Part shown: in pieces, positions 16,025-25,204 of the stretch
Layout of the letters: every line of letters begins with the position of its first letter
Numbering within the stretch: position 1 is the stretch's first letter
Source: Nitriliruptorales bacterium
Lineage (GTDB): Bacteria > Actinomycetota > Nitriliruptoria > Nitriliruptorales > Nitriliruptoraceae
DNA length: 64,000 nucleotides
Direction: 5' to 3'
Assembly: GCA_033722375.1 (NCBI GenBank)
Contig: JAWVZB010000001.1
Location: forward strand, 5,175-69,174
The notes under the pieces: generated by a model
Told to the model about the DNA's origin: nothing
What the model saw: only the letters and a program-made list of their open reading frames with translations
The model's database searches: none
Made by a program: the position numbers and the translations under genes

Positions 16025-17797
16025 CTAGACCAGGTCGGTGGGGAGCTCCACGATCCGTGAGCGGAGGTACTCGCCGAGCCCTTTCGCTTGCGGGTCGATC
16101 CGCGTCGAGGCCGACACGCCCATGCCCAGGAGCCCCACCACGACGAAGTTGAGTGCGTTCAGGTTCGGCAGCTCGTAGCGCTGGACGTCGAGCTCCGCGG
16201 CGTCGGGCACGAGCTCCCGGAACCGGTCGACCGTGAGGAAGTCGCGGAGCCATGGGTACGCGTCGGCGCTGCGGACCCACACCCCGACGTTGGCGTTGCC
16301 GCCCTTGTCGCCCGACCGCGCCCCGACCACGCGCCCCAGCGGGACGGAGCTGGTGCCACCGGAGTCCTCCGACGTCGTCTCGGGTTGGTGCGGGGCGCCC
16401 GGGGGTTCGGTCCGCGCGGGGTTGCCGCCCGGGGTCTGGGCGATCTGGGTCTCGTTGCCGTCCGGTCCCACGACGACCTCGGTCACCTCGTCCTTGGGGA
16501 TCAGGGCCGGCCAGTAGACACCGAACGGGTCGGCGTCGTCGGGCGGGGCGGTCATGGTGAACCCGGGGTAGCTCGCCAGCGCGATCTCCACGACCGGGCC
16601 GGAGAAGCCCCGGCGGCCGATCCGGTTGGGGTCGCTGTGCTTGACCACCAGGCGGAGCTGGGCGATCGCCTCGGCGTTGCGGTCCGCGTCGTCATGGTCG
16701 GAGCGGACGAGCTGCCACTCGGCGTGGTCCAGCTCGTCGAGTGGGAGCTGGTCTTCCAGTGTGCGCTGGACCAGATCTGCCTTCGCGTCGACGTCGAGGC
16801 CGGTGAGCAGGAAGGTCATCTCGTTGCGGAACCCGCCGAGCGTGTTGATGCAGACCTTGAGCTGGTCGGTCGGTGGCGTCCCGCGAACTCCCGTGATCGC
16901 CACCTGGTCGTCGCCGACCTGCTCGAGCCGGATCGTGCCGAAGTCGGTGGTCACGTCGGGGTTGAGGTACTCCGGCGCCCCGATCTCGTAGAGGAGCTGG
17001 GCGGTGACGGTCCCGACGGACACCTCCCCGCCGGTGCCGGGGTGCTTGGTGATCACCGACGAGCCGTCGGGATGCACTTCCGCGATCGGGAAGCCGGGGT
17101 GCTCGAGGCCGTCGACCTCCTGGAAGAACGAGTAGTTGCCGCCGGTGGCCTGTGCCCCGCACTCCAGCACGTGGCCGGCGACCACCGCTCCGGCCAGGGC
17201 ATCCCAGTCGTCTCGCTCCCATCCGAACCGCCAGGCGGCCGGCCCGACGACGAGCGACGCGTCCGTGACGCGGGGCGCGATGACGACGTCGGCGCCCTGC
17301 TCGAGCGCCGCGGCGATGCCCCACCCGCCCAGGTAGGCGTTGGCGGTCAGTGGCGGCATGTCGTTCGAGGAGAGCGGGGCGCCGGTGTCGAGGTGGGTGA
17401 ACTCGTGGCCATCCTCCTGGAGCTGTTCCAGGCGGTGGAGGAGGTCGTCGCCCTCGATGTGGGCCACGCGCAGATCGACGTTGCTGTTCGCAACGAGCTC
17501 GCGGGTCGCATCCGCGAGCCCCGAGGGGTTCAACCCGCCCGCGTTGACGACCACCTTCACCCCCCGCTCCGCCACGAGCTCGATCGCGTCCTCGAACTGG
17601 CGGCGGAAGGTCTTCGCGTACCCGGTCGAGGGGTCCTTCTGCTGTCCGCGCCAGAGGATCAGCATGGTCAGCTCGGCGAGGTAGTCGCCGGTGACGACGT
17701 CGACGGGGTGCTCGCCCTCGAGCTGCTCGCGGAAGGCGTCGAAGCGGTCGCCGTAGAAGCCAGAGCAGTTGGCGATGTGCAACACGTCGTCGGCCAC
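16025..17797 (-). CDS. acyclic terpene utilisation AtuA-family protein (DUF1446)
   Basis: GTG at 17797 with GGAGGG upstream. N-terminal IANCSGFYGDR, VVTGDYLAELTM and the C-terminal GARSGDKGGNANVGVW block are typical of the family. Confidence 0.8.
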   Translation of the reverse strand: MADDVLHIANCSGFYGDRFDAFREQLEGEHPVDVVTGDYLAELTMLILWRGQQKDPSTGYAKTFRRQFEDAIELVAERGVKVVVNAGGLNPSGLADATRELVANSNVDLRVAHIEGDDLLHRLEQLQEDGHEFTHLDTGAPLSSNDMPPLTANAYLGGWGIAAALEQGADVVIAPRVTDASLVVGPAAWRFGWERDDWDALAGAVVAGHVLECGAQATGGNYSFFQEVDGLEHPGFPIAEVHPDGSSVITKHPGTGGEVSVGTVTAQLLYEIGAPEYLNPDVTTDFGTIRLEQVGDDQVAITGVRGTPPTDQLKVCINTLGGFRNEMTFLLTGLDVDAKADLVQRTLEDQLPLDELDHAEWQLVRSDHDDADRNAEAIAQLRLVVKHSDPNRIGRRGFSGPVVEIALASYPGFTMTAPPDDADPFGVYWPALIPKDEVTEVVVGPDGNETQIAQTPGGNPARTEPPGAPHQPETTSEDSGGTSSVPLGRVVGARSGDKGGNANVGVWVRSADAYPWLRDFLTVDRFRELVPDAAELDVQRYELPNLNALNFVVVGLLGMGVSASTRIDPQAKGLGEYLRSRIVELPTDLV

Positions 17798-17892
17798 GGT
17801 CCCTCCGGCGTCCGGCTGGTCGGTGTGACGGCTTTCAACGGACGGGCTGGCGAATCTAGTGTGGATGTACCTCACCCGATCCCGGAGTTCCC

Positions 17893-18702
17893 ATGCCGCG
17901 CATCGAGATCAACGGCACCAGGCTCTACTACGAGGACACCGGCAGCGGTGACGAGACCGTGTTCTTCTCCCATGGCTTGCTGTGGGACGGCCGCATGTTC
18001 GGGCCGCAGGTCGAGGCGCTGTCGGACCGCTACCGCTGCATCACCTACGACCACCGCGGCCAGGGCCGCAGCGAGGTGCCGACGGAGTCGTCGATCCCGA
18101 TGGACCTCCTGGCCGCCGACGCGGCCGCCCTGATCGAGGCGCTCGACGCCGCGCCCTGCCACTTCGTCGGCTTGTCCATGGGGGGGTTCACCGGCATGCG
18201 GGTCGCGGCGCGACGGCCCGACCTGGTGCGCTCGCTCGTGCTCATGGAGACCTCTGCCCGGCCGGAGGAGCCGCAGAACCGGGTCAAGTACCGGCTGCTG
18301 GCGCAAGCTGCGCGACTCGCCGGGACCGGCCCACTCACGGGTCAGGTCATGCCGATCATGTTCGGGCAGACGTTCCTGGACGACCCCAGCCGGGCACCGG
18401 AACGCGAGCAGTGGAAGACGATCCTCGCGGGGAACCGCAAGGACATCTACAAGGCGGTCAACGGCGTCATCGAACGCGGCAACGTCGAGGTCGAGGTTGC
18501 GCGTATCGAGGTTCCGACGCTCGTGATGGTCGGCGAGGAGGATGTCGCACAGCCGCCGGAGGAATCGGAGCTCCTCGCGTCCGCCATCCCGGACGCCAAG
18601 CTGGTCCGCATCCCGAGGGCGGGACACACCAGCACGATCGAGGAGCCGGCGTTCGTCAACCAGGAACTGCAACAGTGGCTCGAGACCCACAGGGAGGCCT
18701 GA
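17893..18702 (+). CDS. alpha/beta-fold hydrolase
   Basis: INGTRLYYEDTGSGDETVFFSHG, nucleophile elbow GLSMGG, and a C-terminal GH pair (RAGHTSTIEEP). Confidence 0.85.
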   Translation: MPRIEINGTRLYYEDTGSGDETVFFSHGLLWDGRMFGPQVEALSDRYRCITYDHRGQGRSEVPTESSIPMDLLAADAAALIEALDAAPCHFVGLSMGGFTGMRVAARRPDLVRSLVLMETSARPEEPQNRVKYRLLAQAARLAGTGPLTGQVMPIMFGQTFLDDPSRAPEREQWKTILAGNRKDIYKAVNGVIERGNVEVEVARIEVPTLVMVGEEDVAQPPEESELLASAIPDAKLVRIPRAGHTSTIEEPAFVNQELQQWLETHREA

Positions 18703-18703
18703 C

Positions 18704-19504
18704 ATGACACACCACGAGGACGGACACGTCGACATCGACGCGCTCTTCGACGTCAGCGGCAAGGTCGCCGTCGTCACCGGCGGCTACCGGGGCATCGGCC
18801 GCATGATCACCGAGGGGCTGTTGAAGGCAGGGGTCCGGTGCTACATCACCGGCCGCAAGGCCGACCAGCTCGAGGAGGCCGCCGAGGAGCTGTCCGAGTT
18901 CGGTGAGGTCGTGGCGATCCCGGGTGACCTCTCGGACGAGGCCGGCTGCAAGGAGTTCGCCGCCGCCGTCGCGGAGCAGGAAGACGAGGTCCACATCCTC
19001 GTCAACAACGCGGGTGCGGCCTGGGGGGAGTCGATCGACGAGTACTCGGAGTCGGGCTTCGACAAGGTGCTGGCGGTCAACGTCAAGGGCGTCTTCATGA
19101 TGACCAAGTCGTTGCTTCCGCAGCTCCGTGCGGCCGGTACCCACGACGACCCTGCACGGGTCATCAACATCGGATCGATCGACGGCCTGAGCGTGCCGGC
19201 GCTCGAGTCGTACGCCTACTCCGCGTCGAAGGCGGGGGTCCACCACATGGGCCGTCACATCGCGAGCCGCCTGGCCGAGGATCACATCACGGTGAACGCG
19301 ATCGCTCCAGGGCTCTTCGAGTCGAACATGACTGCGTTCATGTTCGACGACCTGTCCGAGAACGCCGAGGAGATCTTCCCCCTCCAGCGCACCGGCCGCC
19401 CCGACGACATGGCCGGTGCGGTGCTGTTCCTCGCTTCCCGGGCCGGGTCCTACGTCACCGGGGCGGTGATCCCCGTCGACGGCGGCTCGGCGACGCTCCG
19501 CTGA
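18704..19504 (+). CDS. short-chain dehydrogenase/reductase (SDR)
   Basis: ATG 1 nt after the preceding stop, with AGGGAGG upstream. Contains VVTGGYRGIGR, NNAG and YSASKAG (YxxxK). Confidence 0.9.
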   Translation: MTHHEDGHVDIDALFDVSGKVAVVTGGYRGIGRMITEGLLKAGVRCYITGRKADQLEEAAEELSEFGEVVAIPGDLSDEAGCKEFAAAVAEQEDEVHILVNNAGAAWGESIDEYSESGFDKVLAVNVKGVFMMTKSLLPQLRAAGTHDDPARVINIGSIDGLSVPALESYAYSASKAGVHHMGRHIASRLAEDHITVNAIAPGLFESNMTAFMFDDLSENAEEIFPLQRTGRPDDMAGAVLFLASRAGSYVTGAVIPVDGGSATLR

Positions 19505-19653
19505 GCTCACGTGGTGCCAGTTCCCCTGACGCTGCGTGGCGTGCGACCGGTGTCCGTCGGGTGGGCCTCCCACCGCCGGCCGAATAACCACCACGGGGTA
19601 CCGTTCGGGTGAGCCAGACCCTGACCTGATCCTCGCACGGAACGGAGTCCCCG

Positions 19654-19914
19654 ATGTCCGCGCCCACCCGCATCCGATGGGTGCTCGCACTCACGGCGAC
19701 GATGCTGGTCGCCGTGACCCCGGTCGCCCACGCCTACGTCGACCCCGGCTCCACGAGCCTCATCTTCTCCTGGATCGTCGCCGGACTGGCCGCAGCGGGG
19801 ATGACCCTCCGGATCTTCTGGAGCCGCGTTCGGAGCTTCTTCAAGCGGAGCGACGACAGCGGAAGCGCCGACGAGGAGCGCCAGCCGACGAAGGTGGCCA
19901 CCGACACTGACTGA
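19654..19914 (+). CDS. small membrane protein (86 aa) with signal-like N-terminus and YVDPGSTS motif
   Basis: GGAG 7 nt upstream of the ATG. A hydrophobic N-terminus (WVLALTATMLVAVTPVAHA) is followed by YVDPGSTSLIFSWIVAGLAAAGMTL (TM) and a charged tail. Confidence 0.5.
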   Translation: MSAPTRIRWVLALTATMLVAVTPVAHAYVDPGSTSLIFSWIVAGLAAAGMTLRIFWSRVRSFFKRSDDSGSADEERQPTKVATDTD

Positions 19915-19923
19915 CGGCGCACC

Positions 19924-21321
19924 GTGACCAGCGACACCAGCCCCCCCACCCTCCACCCTGCATCGTTCCGCGATCCGGCCGGGTTCCTCTACGAGCGTGA
20001 CGGGGTGCTCCTGCGCCAGGTCGATGGCTCCTACGCCGACGAGTACGACCGGCTCCTCGACTCCGGGCTCTACGACGACCTGACCCGCGACGGTCTGCTC
20101 GTCCCACACGAGGAGGTCGACGAGGAGCTCGCCGCTGCTCCGGGCGCCCACCGGGTGCTCCGACCGCAACGGCTGCCGTTCATCTCCTATCCCTACGAGT
20201 GGTGCCCGGCCCAACGGCGGGATGCAGCGCTGCTGACGCTCGAGATCCAACGGCGGGCGCTCGACCACGGCATGACGCTCCGGGACGCCTCCGCCTACAA
20301 CGTGCAGTTCCGGCACGGGGAGGCGACCCTCATCGACACGCTCTCCTTCGGGCGCTACCGAGAGGGCGAGCCGTGGGTCGCCTATCGGCAGTTCTGCCAG
20401 CACTTCCTCGCCCCGCTCGCCCTCGAATGCCACGCGGACGTCCGACTCGGCAAGCTCCTGGCGACCCACATCGACGGTGTGCCGCTGGACCTCGCCTCCG
20501 AGTTGTTGCCCTGGACGACCAAGCTCCGGCCGGCGCTCTTGACCCACATCCACGGGCAGGCGCGTGCTTCGCGCACGCGCGCGGCCGACGTCGACGAGGG
20601 CGGCAGGACGGCCCGCTTCTCGGAACGAGCGACCCGCGGGCTCGTCGAAGGGCTGGCCAGCGCGGTTCGGAAGCTGCGGTGGGATCCCGACGACACCGTC
20701 TGGGCCGGCTACTACGAGGAGGCCTCCCACTACTCCGAGGAGGCCATGGGCGCCAAGGCCGCCACCGTCGCCGACTGGCTGGACGAGCTCGCGCCCGGCA
20801 CGGTCTGGGACCTCGGCGCCAACACCGGCCGGTTCAGCCGGCTCGCGGCCGAGCGGGGCGCACACACCGTCGCCTGGGACATCGACCACGGCGCGGTCGA
20901 GCGCGCGTGGCGGGAACGCGAGGCGGTCGAGGGGAGTGGAGACCTCCTGCCCCTGGTTCTCGACCTGTCGGCACCCTCGCCCGCGATCGGATGGGCGAAC
21001 GCCGAACGGGCGTCGCTCGTGGATCGGGGCGCCGTCGACGTCGTGATGGCGTTGGCGCTCGTCCACCACCTGGCGATCGGCAACAACGTTCCGCTCGACC
21101 GGGCGGCGGCGCTGTTCGCCGACCTCGGCCGTCACGCCATCGTCGAGTGGGTCCCGAAGACCGACGAGAAGGTCCAGGTCCTGCTCGCCACCCGCGAGGA
21201 CGTCTTCGAGCACTACACGCTGGCCGACTTCGAAGCGGCCGTGGCCTCGTTCTTCGACATCCGCGATCGACTCGAGCTGCCTGGGGGCCGCGAGCTCTTC
21301 CTCCTGGCGCGCACTACGTGA
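19924..21321 (+). CDS. class I SAM-dependent methyltransferase with N-terminal accessory domain
   Basis: 465 aa. The C-terminal half has a Rossmann-type SAM motif (VWDLGANTGRFSRLAAERGAHTVAWDID). The N-terminal half (FRDPAGFLYE ... SYPYEW) recurs in this methyltransferase family. Confidence 0.7.
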   Translation: MTSDTSPPTLHPASFRDPAGFLYERDGVLLRQVDGSYADEYDRLLDSGLYDDLTRDGLLVPHEEVDEELAAAPGAHRVLRPQRLPFISYPYEWCPAQRRDAALLTLEIQRRALDHGMTLRDASAYNVQFRHGEATLIDTLSFGRYREGEPWVAYRQFCQHFLAPLALECHADVRLGKLLATHIDGVPLDLASELLPWTTKLRPALLTHIHGQARASRTRAADVDEGGRTARFSERATRGLVEGLASAVRKLRWDPDDTVWAGYYEEASHYSEEAMGAKAATVADWLDELAPGTVWDLGANTGRFSRLAAERGAHTVAWDIDHGAVERAWREREAVEGSGDLLPLVLDLSAPSPAIGWANAERASLVDRGAVDVVMALALVHHLAIGNNVPLDRAAALFADLGRHAIVEWVPKTDEKVQVLLATREDVFEHYTLADFEAAVASFFDIRDRLELPGGRELFLLARTT

Positions 21322-22871
21322 CCGACACCCACGGAACGAGCCTGCTGGAGCGCCTGCCGGTCCACCCGCTGATCCTCGCCGCCTACCCGGTGCTCTTCCT
21401 GTGGGCCCACAACGTCGACGAGGTCTTCTCCGAGGACGTGTGGCCGATCCTCGCCTGGGTGCTCGCCGGGGCAGTCGGCATGTGGATCGCCGCGTCGTTC
21501 GTCTACCGCGGTGTTCGTCGGGGAGCGCTCCTGACCTCGTTCGTGGCGACGCTCCTGCTGTCCTACGGCCACGTCGCCGGCGAGTGGGTGGCCGGGGTCG
21601 GGATCGGTGTGGTCGTGCTGCTCGTGCTGGTGGCAGCAGCCGCACTGTGGGTGATCGGGGACGGGGCGGTGCACGTGGTGACGGGCATCGCCAACGTGGT
21701 CGCCCTGGTGCTGCTCGTGGTGGGGGCATGGCCGCTGGCGGGTGAGGCGGTCGAGGCGGTCGGGCGGGGCGATGCCGCCCGCGCCGAGCTCGCAGCCGTC
21801 TTCGACGGGGCGCCCGATGGTCCGGTTCGCGACATCTACTACGTGGTCCTCGACCGCTACCCGCGTGCCGACACCCTGGAGGAGCTCTACGGCTACGACA
21901 ACAGCCAGTTCCTCGGGTTCCTCGAGGCGTCGGGCTTCCACGTCGCCGACGACAGCCTGGCGAACTACCCCAAGACCGCCCACTCCCTGGCGGCGTCCCT
22001 GAACATGACCTACCTCGACGAGCTCGAGGAGACCGTCGCGACCAAGGATCTCGACGACTGGGGGCCCGTCTACCGGATGCTCGACGACCACCGCGTAGGA
22101 CAGCTCCTCACCGACGCCGGTTACGAGTACCTCCACCTCGGCACGTGGTGGCAGCCGACGGCGGAGAGCGTCCTGGCCGACCGGATCCTGACGCGCAACG
22201 CCGGCTCGGAGTTCGGTCGCCTGTTCGCGGAGACCACGATCTGGCCTGCGGTACAGGAGGTCCTCGGCAGCGACGAGCCACTCAGCAACCGCGAGCAGCT
22301 CTTCGCGTTCACCGAGCACCAGTTCGACGTGCTCGACCGACTGGCCGACGACCGTGGCAACCCGGCGCGCTTCGTCTTCGCCCACCTGACGGTGCCGCAC
22401 GAGCCTTACGTGTTCGAGGCGGACGGGACCTACGTGCCGGCCGAGGTGGAGGCCGCACGCAGCCGCACGGAGCGGTTCGTCCCGCACCTCGAGTACGCCA
22501 ACCGACGCATCCGCGGCTTCGTCGAGGAGCTCTCCAAGGGGCGGGCGGACGACGAGCAGCCGATCGTGGTGGTCCAGGCCGACGAGGGGCCGCATCCCCG
22601 GAGCCGTGTGGCGGCGGGTCCCGACTACGACTGGCTCGGCGCCCCGCTGTCCGACCTCCGCGAGAAGCTGCGCATCCTCAACGCCTACCACCTTCCCGGC
22701 GTCACGGACGACGAGATCCCCGAAGGGATCACGCCCGTCAACACGTTCCGGCTGATCTTCAGCCACTACTTCGGCGCGGACCTGCCCCTGCTCGAGGATC
22801 ACGTGTACGTCTTCCCCGACGAGTCCCACCTCTACCGCTTCACCGAGGTCACGGACCGCGTTCGCGAGTAG
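21318..22871 (+). CDS. sulfatase-like hydrolase/transferase (LTA-synthase / alkaline-phosphatase superfamily) with N-terminal TM domain
   Basis: The GTG overlaps the preceding stop (GTGA). About 5 TM helices precede the motifs DIYYVVLDRYPR, FAHLTVPHEPYVF and VVVQADEGPHP. Confidence 0.65.
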   Translation: MTDTHGTSLLERLPVHPLILAAYPVLFLWAHNVDEVFSEDVWPILAWVLAGAVGMWIAASFVYRGVRRGALLTSFVATLLLSYGHVAGEWVAGVGIGVVVLLVLVAAAALWVIGDGAVHVVTGIANVVALVLLVVGAWPLAGEAVEAVGRGDAARAELAAVFDGAPDGPVRDIYYVVLDRYPRADTLEELYGYDNSQFLGFLEASGFHVADDSLANYPKTAHSLAASLNMTYLDELEETVATKDLDDWGPVYRMLDDHRVGQLLTDAGYEYLHLGTWWQPTAESVLADRILTRNAGSEFGRLFAETTIWPAVQEVLGSDEPLSNREQLFAFTEHQFDVLDRLADDRGNPARFVFAHLTVPHEPYVFEADGTYVPAEVEAARSRTERFVPHLEYANRRIRGFVEELSKGRADDEQPIVVVQADEGPHPRSRVAAGPDYDWLGAPLSDLREKLRILNAYHLPGVTDDEIPEGITPVNTFRLIFSHYFGADLPLLEDHVYVFPDESHLYRFTEVTDRVRE

Positions 22872-22884
22872 CCGCCCCAGCGGG

Positions 22885-23050
22885 TCCCCCCGTGCAGGGG
22901 GGAGCGAGTCGGCATAGCCGACTCTGGGGGGGGTTGTGATCGAGATGGGGGGTTGTCGTCGCGGGGGTGGTGGCTGGGTTGTGTGGGGGGCTCCCCCCTA
23001 GCCGAGGGGGGAGCGAGTCGGCGGAGCCGACGATGGGGGGTTGTCATCGA
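22885..23050. repeat. G-run-rich intergenic repeat: two ~60-nt direct copies, each with two hairpins, plus a partial copy
   Basis: The 17-mer GGGGGGAGCGAGTCGGC is identical at 22897-22913 and 23006-23022. Each copy is preceded by a C-run/G-run hairpin (TCCCCCC-gtgca-GGGGGGA; CTCCCCCC-tagccga-GGGGGGAG) and contains a GAGTCGGC-nnn-GCCGAC(TC) hairpin. GGGGGGTTGT-nATCGA/CGTCG occurs 3 times (about 22928, 22947, 23035). The region lies between convergent genes. Confidence 0.7.
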
Positions 23051-23145
23051 AAAGGGGTGCCCCGGCCGCAGCGGAGGGGGTTGCTACGACCGGGGCGTGC
23101 GCCAGGCCGGGGGGCGACCGGTCCCGACGCAGGTGTGGTTCGTGG

Positions 23146-24321
23146 TCAGCCGGTCCCAGGACGGGTGTCGAGCGTCACCCGTAGTTCGAGCTCGTCGCCG
23201 TCGCGGATGACCGTGAGTTCGACGGTGTCGCCCGGTCGGTGTGTCCGGATGACACCGGCGAGCTGCTCCATCGACTCGATCTCCTCTCCATCCACTGCAA
23301 CAACGATGTCCCCCCGGTTTAGTCCCGCGTCGTGGGCAGGGGTGCCCTCGACGACCTCGGCGATCACCGCGCCCTCGGACACGGGGAGGCCGTACAGCTC
23401 GGCAACCTCTGGTTCGACCGTCTGGCCCTGGACGCCGAGGAAGGCGTGCTGGACCTCGCCGGTCTCGATGAGCTGGTCGGCGATGGAGCGAGCCGTGTCG
23501 ATCGGGATGGCGAAGCCGATGCCGTCGTTGCCGCCGCCGGCGGACACGATGGCGGTGTTGATCCCCATGACGGCGCCGTCACCGTTGACGAGCGCCCCGC
23601 CCGAGTTCCCGGGGTTGATGGCCGCGTCGGTCTGGATCATGTCGACGAGCGGCGACCCCGGCGACGCCACCGTGCGGTTGAGCGCGCTGACGACACCGGC
23701 CGTCACCGAGCCGTCCAGGCCGAACGGCGAGCCGATGGCGACGGCGGTGTCACCGACGGCGGGCTCTCCGGTGGCGAACGCCGGTACGGGGAGGTCGGCC
23801 GCATCGACCTTCACGACCGCGATGTCGGAGGTCGGGTCGGTGCCGACGATCTCGGCGTCGAGCCGCTGACCGTCGGGAAGGGTGGCCGCGACGTCTCGGG
23901 CGCTCTCGACGACGTGGGCGTTGGTGAGGAGGTAGCCGTCGGAGGTGTAGACCACCGCGGAGCCCGAGCCGGTGCCACGGGGACCGCTGACATCGAGGCG
24001 GGCGACCGATGGCCCGACCTGGGCGGCGATCGCCGCGGTGAGCGACTCGCCCGCGTCGAACGTCACCGAGGCCGGCTGGGTGGCGGCGGGATCGGCGTCA
24101 GCGTCGCCGGCCAGACTGACCGGAACCGCGACGCCAGCCGACGCGAGCCCTGCGACGAGAGCCACTGCGGCGTACTGGCGCCAGCCGAGCCGCGTGGTTA
24201 CCGCCTCGTCGGGCGGCGACTGCGGAGTCGGAGGGCGCGGGGCGGTTGCGCCCCGCTCGGCGTCGGCCGTCGGAGCGGAGCCTGCGGCGGGTGCGTGTTC
24301 GCGGATGTTGCCTTCGCGCAT
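23146..24321 (-). CDS. htrA: HtrA/DegP-family trypsin-like serine protease with C-terminal PDZ domain
   Basis: Catalytic triad context LTNAHVV, DIAVVKV and GNSGGALV. PDZ-like region FLGVQG ... GLNRGDIVVAVDG. An N-terminal TM anchor is present. Confidence 0.9.
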   Translation of the reverse strand: MREGNIREHAPAAGSAPTADAERGATAPRPPTPQSPPDEAVTTRLGWRQYAAVALVAGLASAGVAVPVSLAGDADADPAATQPASVTFDAGESLTAAIAAQVGPSVARLDVSGPRGTGSGSAVVYTSDGYLLTNAHVVESARDVAATLPDGQRLDAEIVGTDPTSDIAVVKVDAADLPVPAFATGEPAVGDTAVAIGSPFGLDGSVTAGVVSALNRTVASPGSPLVDMIQTDAAINPGNSGGALVNGDGAVMGINTAIVSAGGGNDGIGFAIPIDTARSIADQLIETGEVQHAFLGVQGQTVEPEVAELYGLPVSEGAVIAEVVEGTPAHDAGLNRGDIVVAVDGEEIESMEQLAGVIRTHRPGDTVELTVIRDGDELELRVTLDTRPGTG

Positions 24322-24409
24322 GGAAGCCTCCTCGGGAGGGGTTCGGTGCCTGTCTGCGACGTCGCTGGCGACGGTACGAACGGCTCGTTCAGCACTCGAC
24401 GGACAGCGG

Positions 24410-24442
24410 GTAAGGATTCGGTAAGGATCGGGTCAGGACCCG
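24410..24442. promoter_or_regulatory. three tandem 11-bp direct repeats (candidate OmpR/PhoB-family response-regulator binding site)
   Basis: GTAAGGATTCG / GTAAGGATCGG / GTCAGGACCCG are head to tail, giving one-helical-turn periodicity. They sit in the divergent htrA / response-regulator intergenic region, 46-78 nt upstream of the regulator ORF start. Confidence 0.4.
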
Positions 24443-24487
24443 CCGGGAGGCGGGCTCGCACGAGGACCTCGGGATTACGCTCGCGAG

Positions 24488-25204
24488 GTGGGGGTGATCC
24501 CGTTGACCGAGGATGCGACGACGCTGCTCCTCGTCGAGGACGACGACGGCATCGCGAAGCCGCTCGCTGCCGCGCTCGAGGGAGCCGGCTACGGCGTGCG
24601 GCGGGTCGGGTCGGGGCGTGATGCCCTGCGAGAGCTGGACGGGACCGTGTCGGCCGTCATCCTCGACCTCGGACTCCCCGACGTCGACGGGGTCGAGCTC
24701 TGCCGCCGCATCCGTGAGGAGCACGGCTCCGAGCTGCCGATCCTGATCCTCACCGCCAGGGGTGGGGAGACCGACGTGGTGGTCGGGCTCGACGCGGGCG
24801 CCGACGACTACGTCACGAAACCGTTCCGGCTGGCCGAGCTCCAGGCTCGGCTGCGGGCGCTCCTGCGGCGCAGCGATGCCACGGCCGAGGGCGACGGGGA
24901 GGTGGCGCAGGACGTCCGGGTCGAGCCCGGTCCCCGTCGGGCGTTCCGGGGGGACGAGGAGCTCGAGCTGACACCGACGGAGTTCGACGTCCTGCGGACG
25001 CTCGTCGCCGCGGCGGGTGACGTCGTGCCCCGGGAGGAGATCATGCGCCGGGTCTGGGGGGAGAACTGGTACGGGTCGTCGAAGACGCTCGACATGCACG
25101 TGTCGGCGTTGCGGAGGAAGCTCGACGACGACCCTTCCGCGCCCCGCTACATCGCCACCGTGCGGGGCGTGGGGTTCCGCTTCGAGACCGGCGACGACAC
25201 GTGA
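24488..25204 (+). CDS. OmpR/PhoB-family response regulator
   Basis: REC domain (LLLVEDDDGI, VILDLGLPDVDG, ILILTARG, ADDYVTKPF) plus a winged-helix domain (LTPTEFDVLRTL, TLDMHVSALRRKL, TVRGVGFRF). The start is uncertain (GTG 24488 or GTG 24494). Confidence 0.9.
   Translation: MGVIPLTEDATTLLLVEDDDGIAKPLAAALEGAGYGVRRVGSGRDALRELDGTVSAVILDLGLPDVDGVELCRRIREEHGSELPILILTARGGETDVVVGLDAGADDYVTKPFRLAELQARLRALLRRSDATAEGDGEVAQDVRVEPGPRRAFRGDEELELTPTEFDVLRTLVAAAGDVVPREEIMRRVWGENWYGSSKTLDMHVSALRRKLDDDPSAPRYIATVRGVGFRFETGDDT

Noticed and set aside
19507-21729. 740-aa ORF on the minus strand, among the longest in the track.
   Set aside because: It is extremely Arg/Pro/Gly/Ala-rich with no motifs, and it is fully antisense to three well-supported plus-strand genes. 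This is a typical high-GC shadow ORF. The same applies to 25527..27710(-), 42925..45090(-), 44616..46316(+), 47603..49531(-), 13155..14873(-), 8107..9135(-), 21213..22829(-) and 60939..62474(-).
22885-23050. Repeat region considered as a possible CRISPR array.
   Set aside because: There are only two full copies plus one partial copy. The units are about 60 nt with internal hairpins, spacing is irregular, and no cas genes are in the window.
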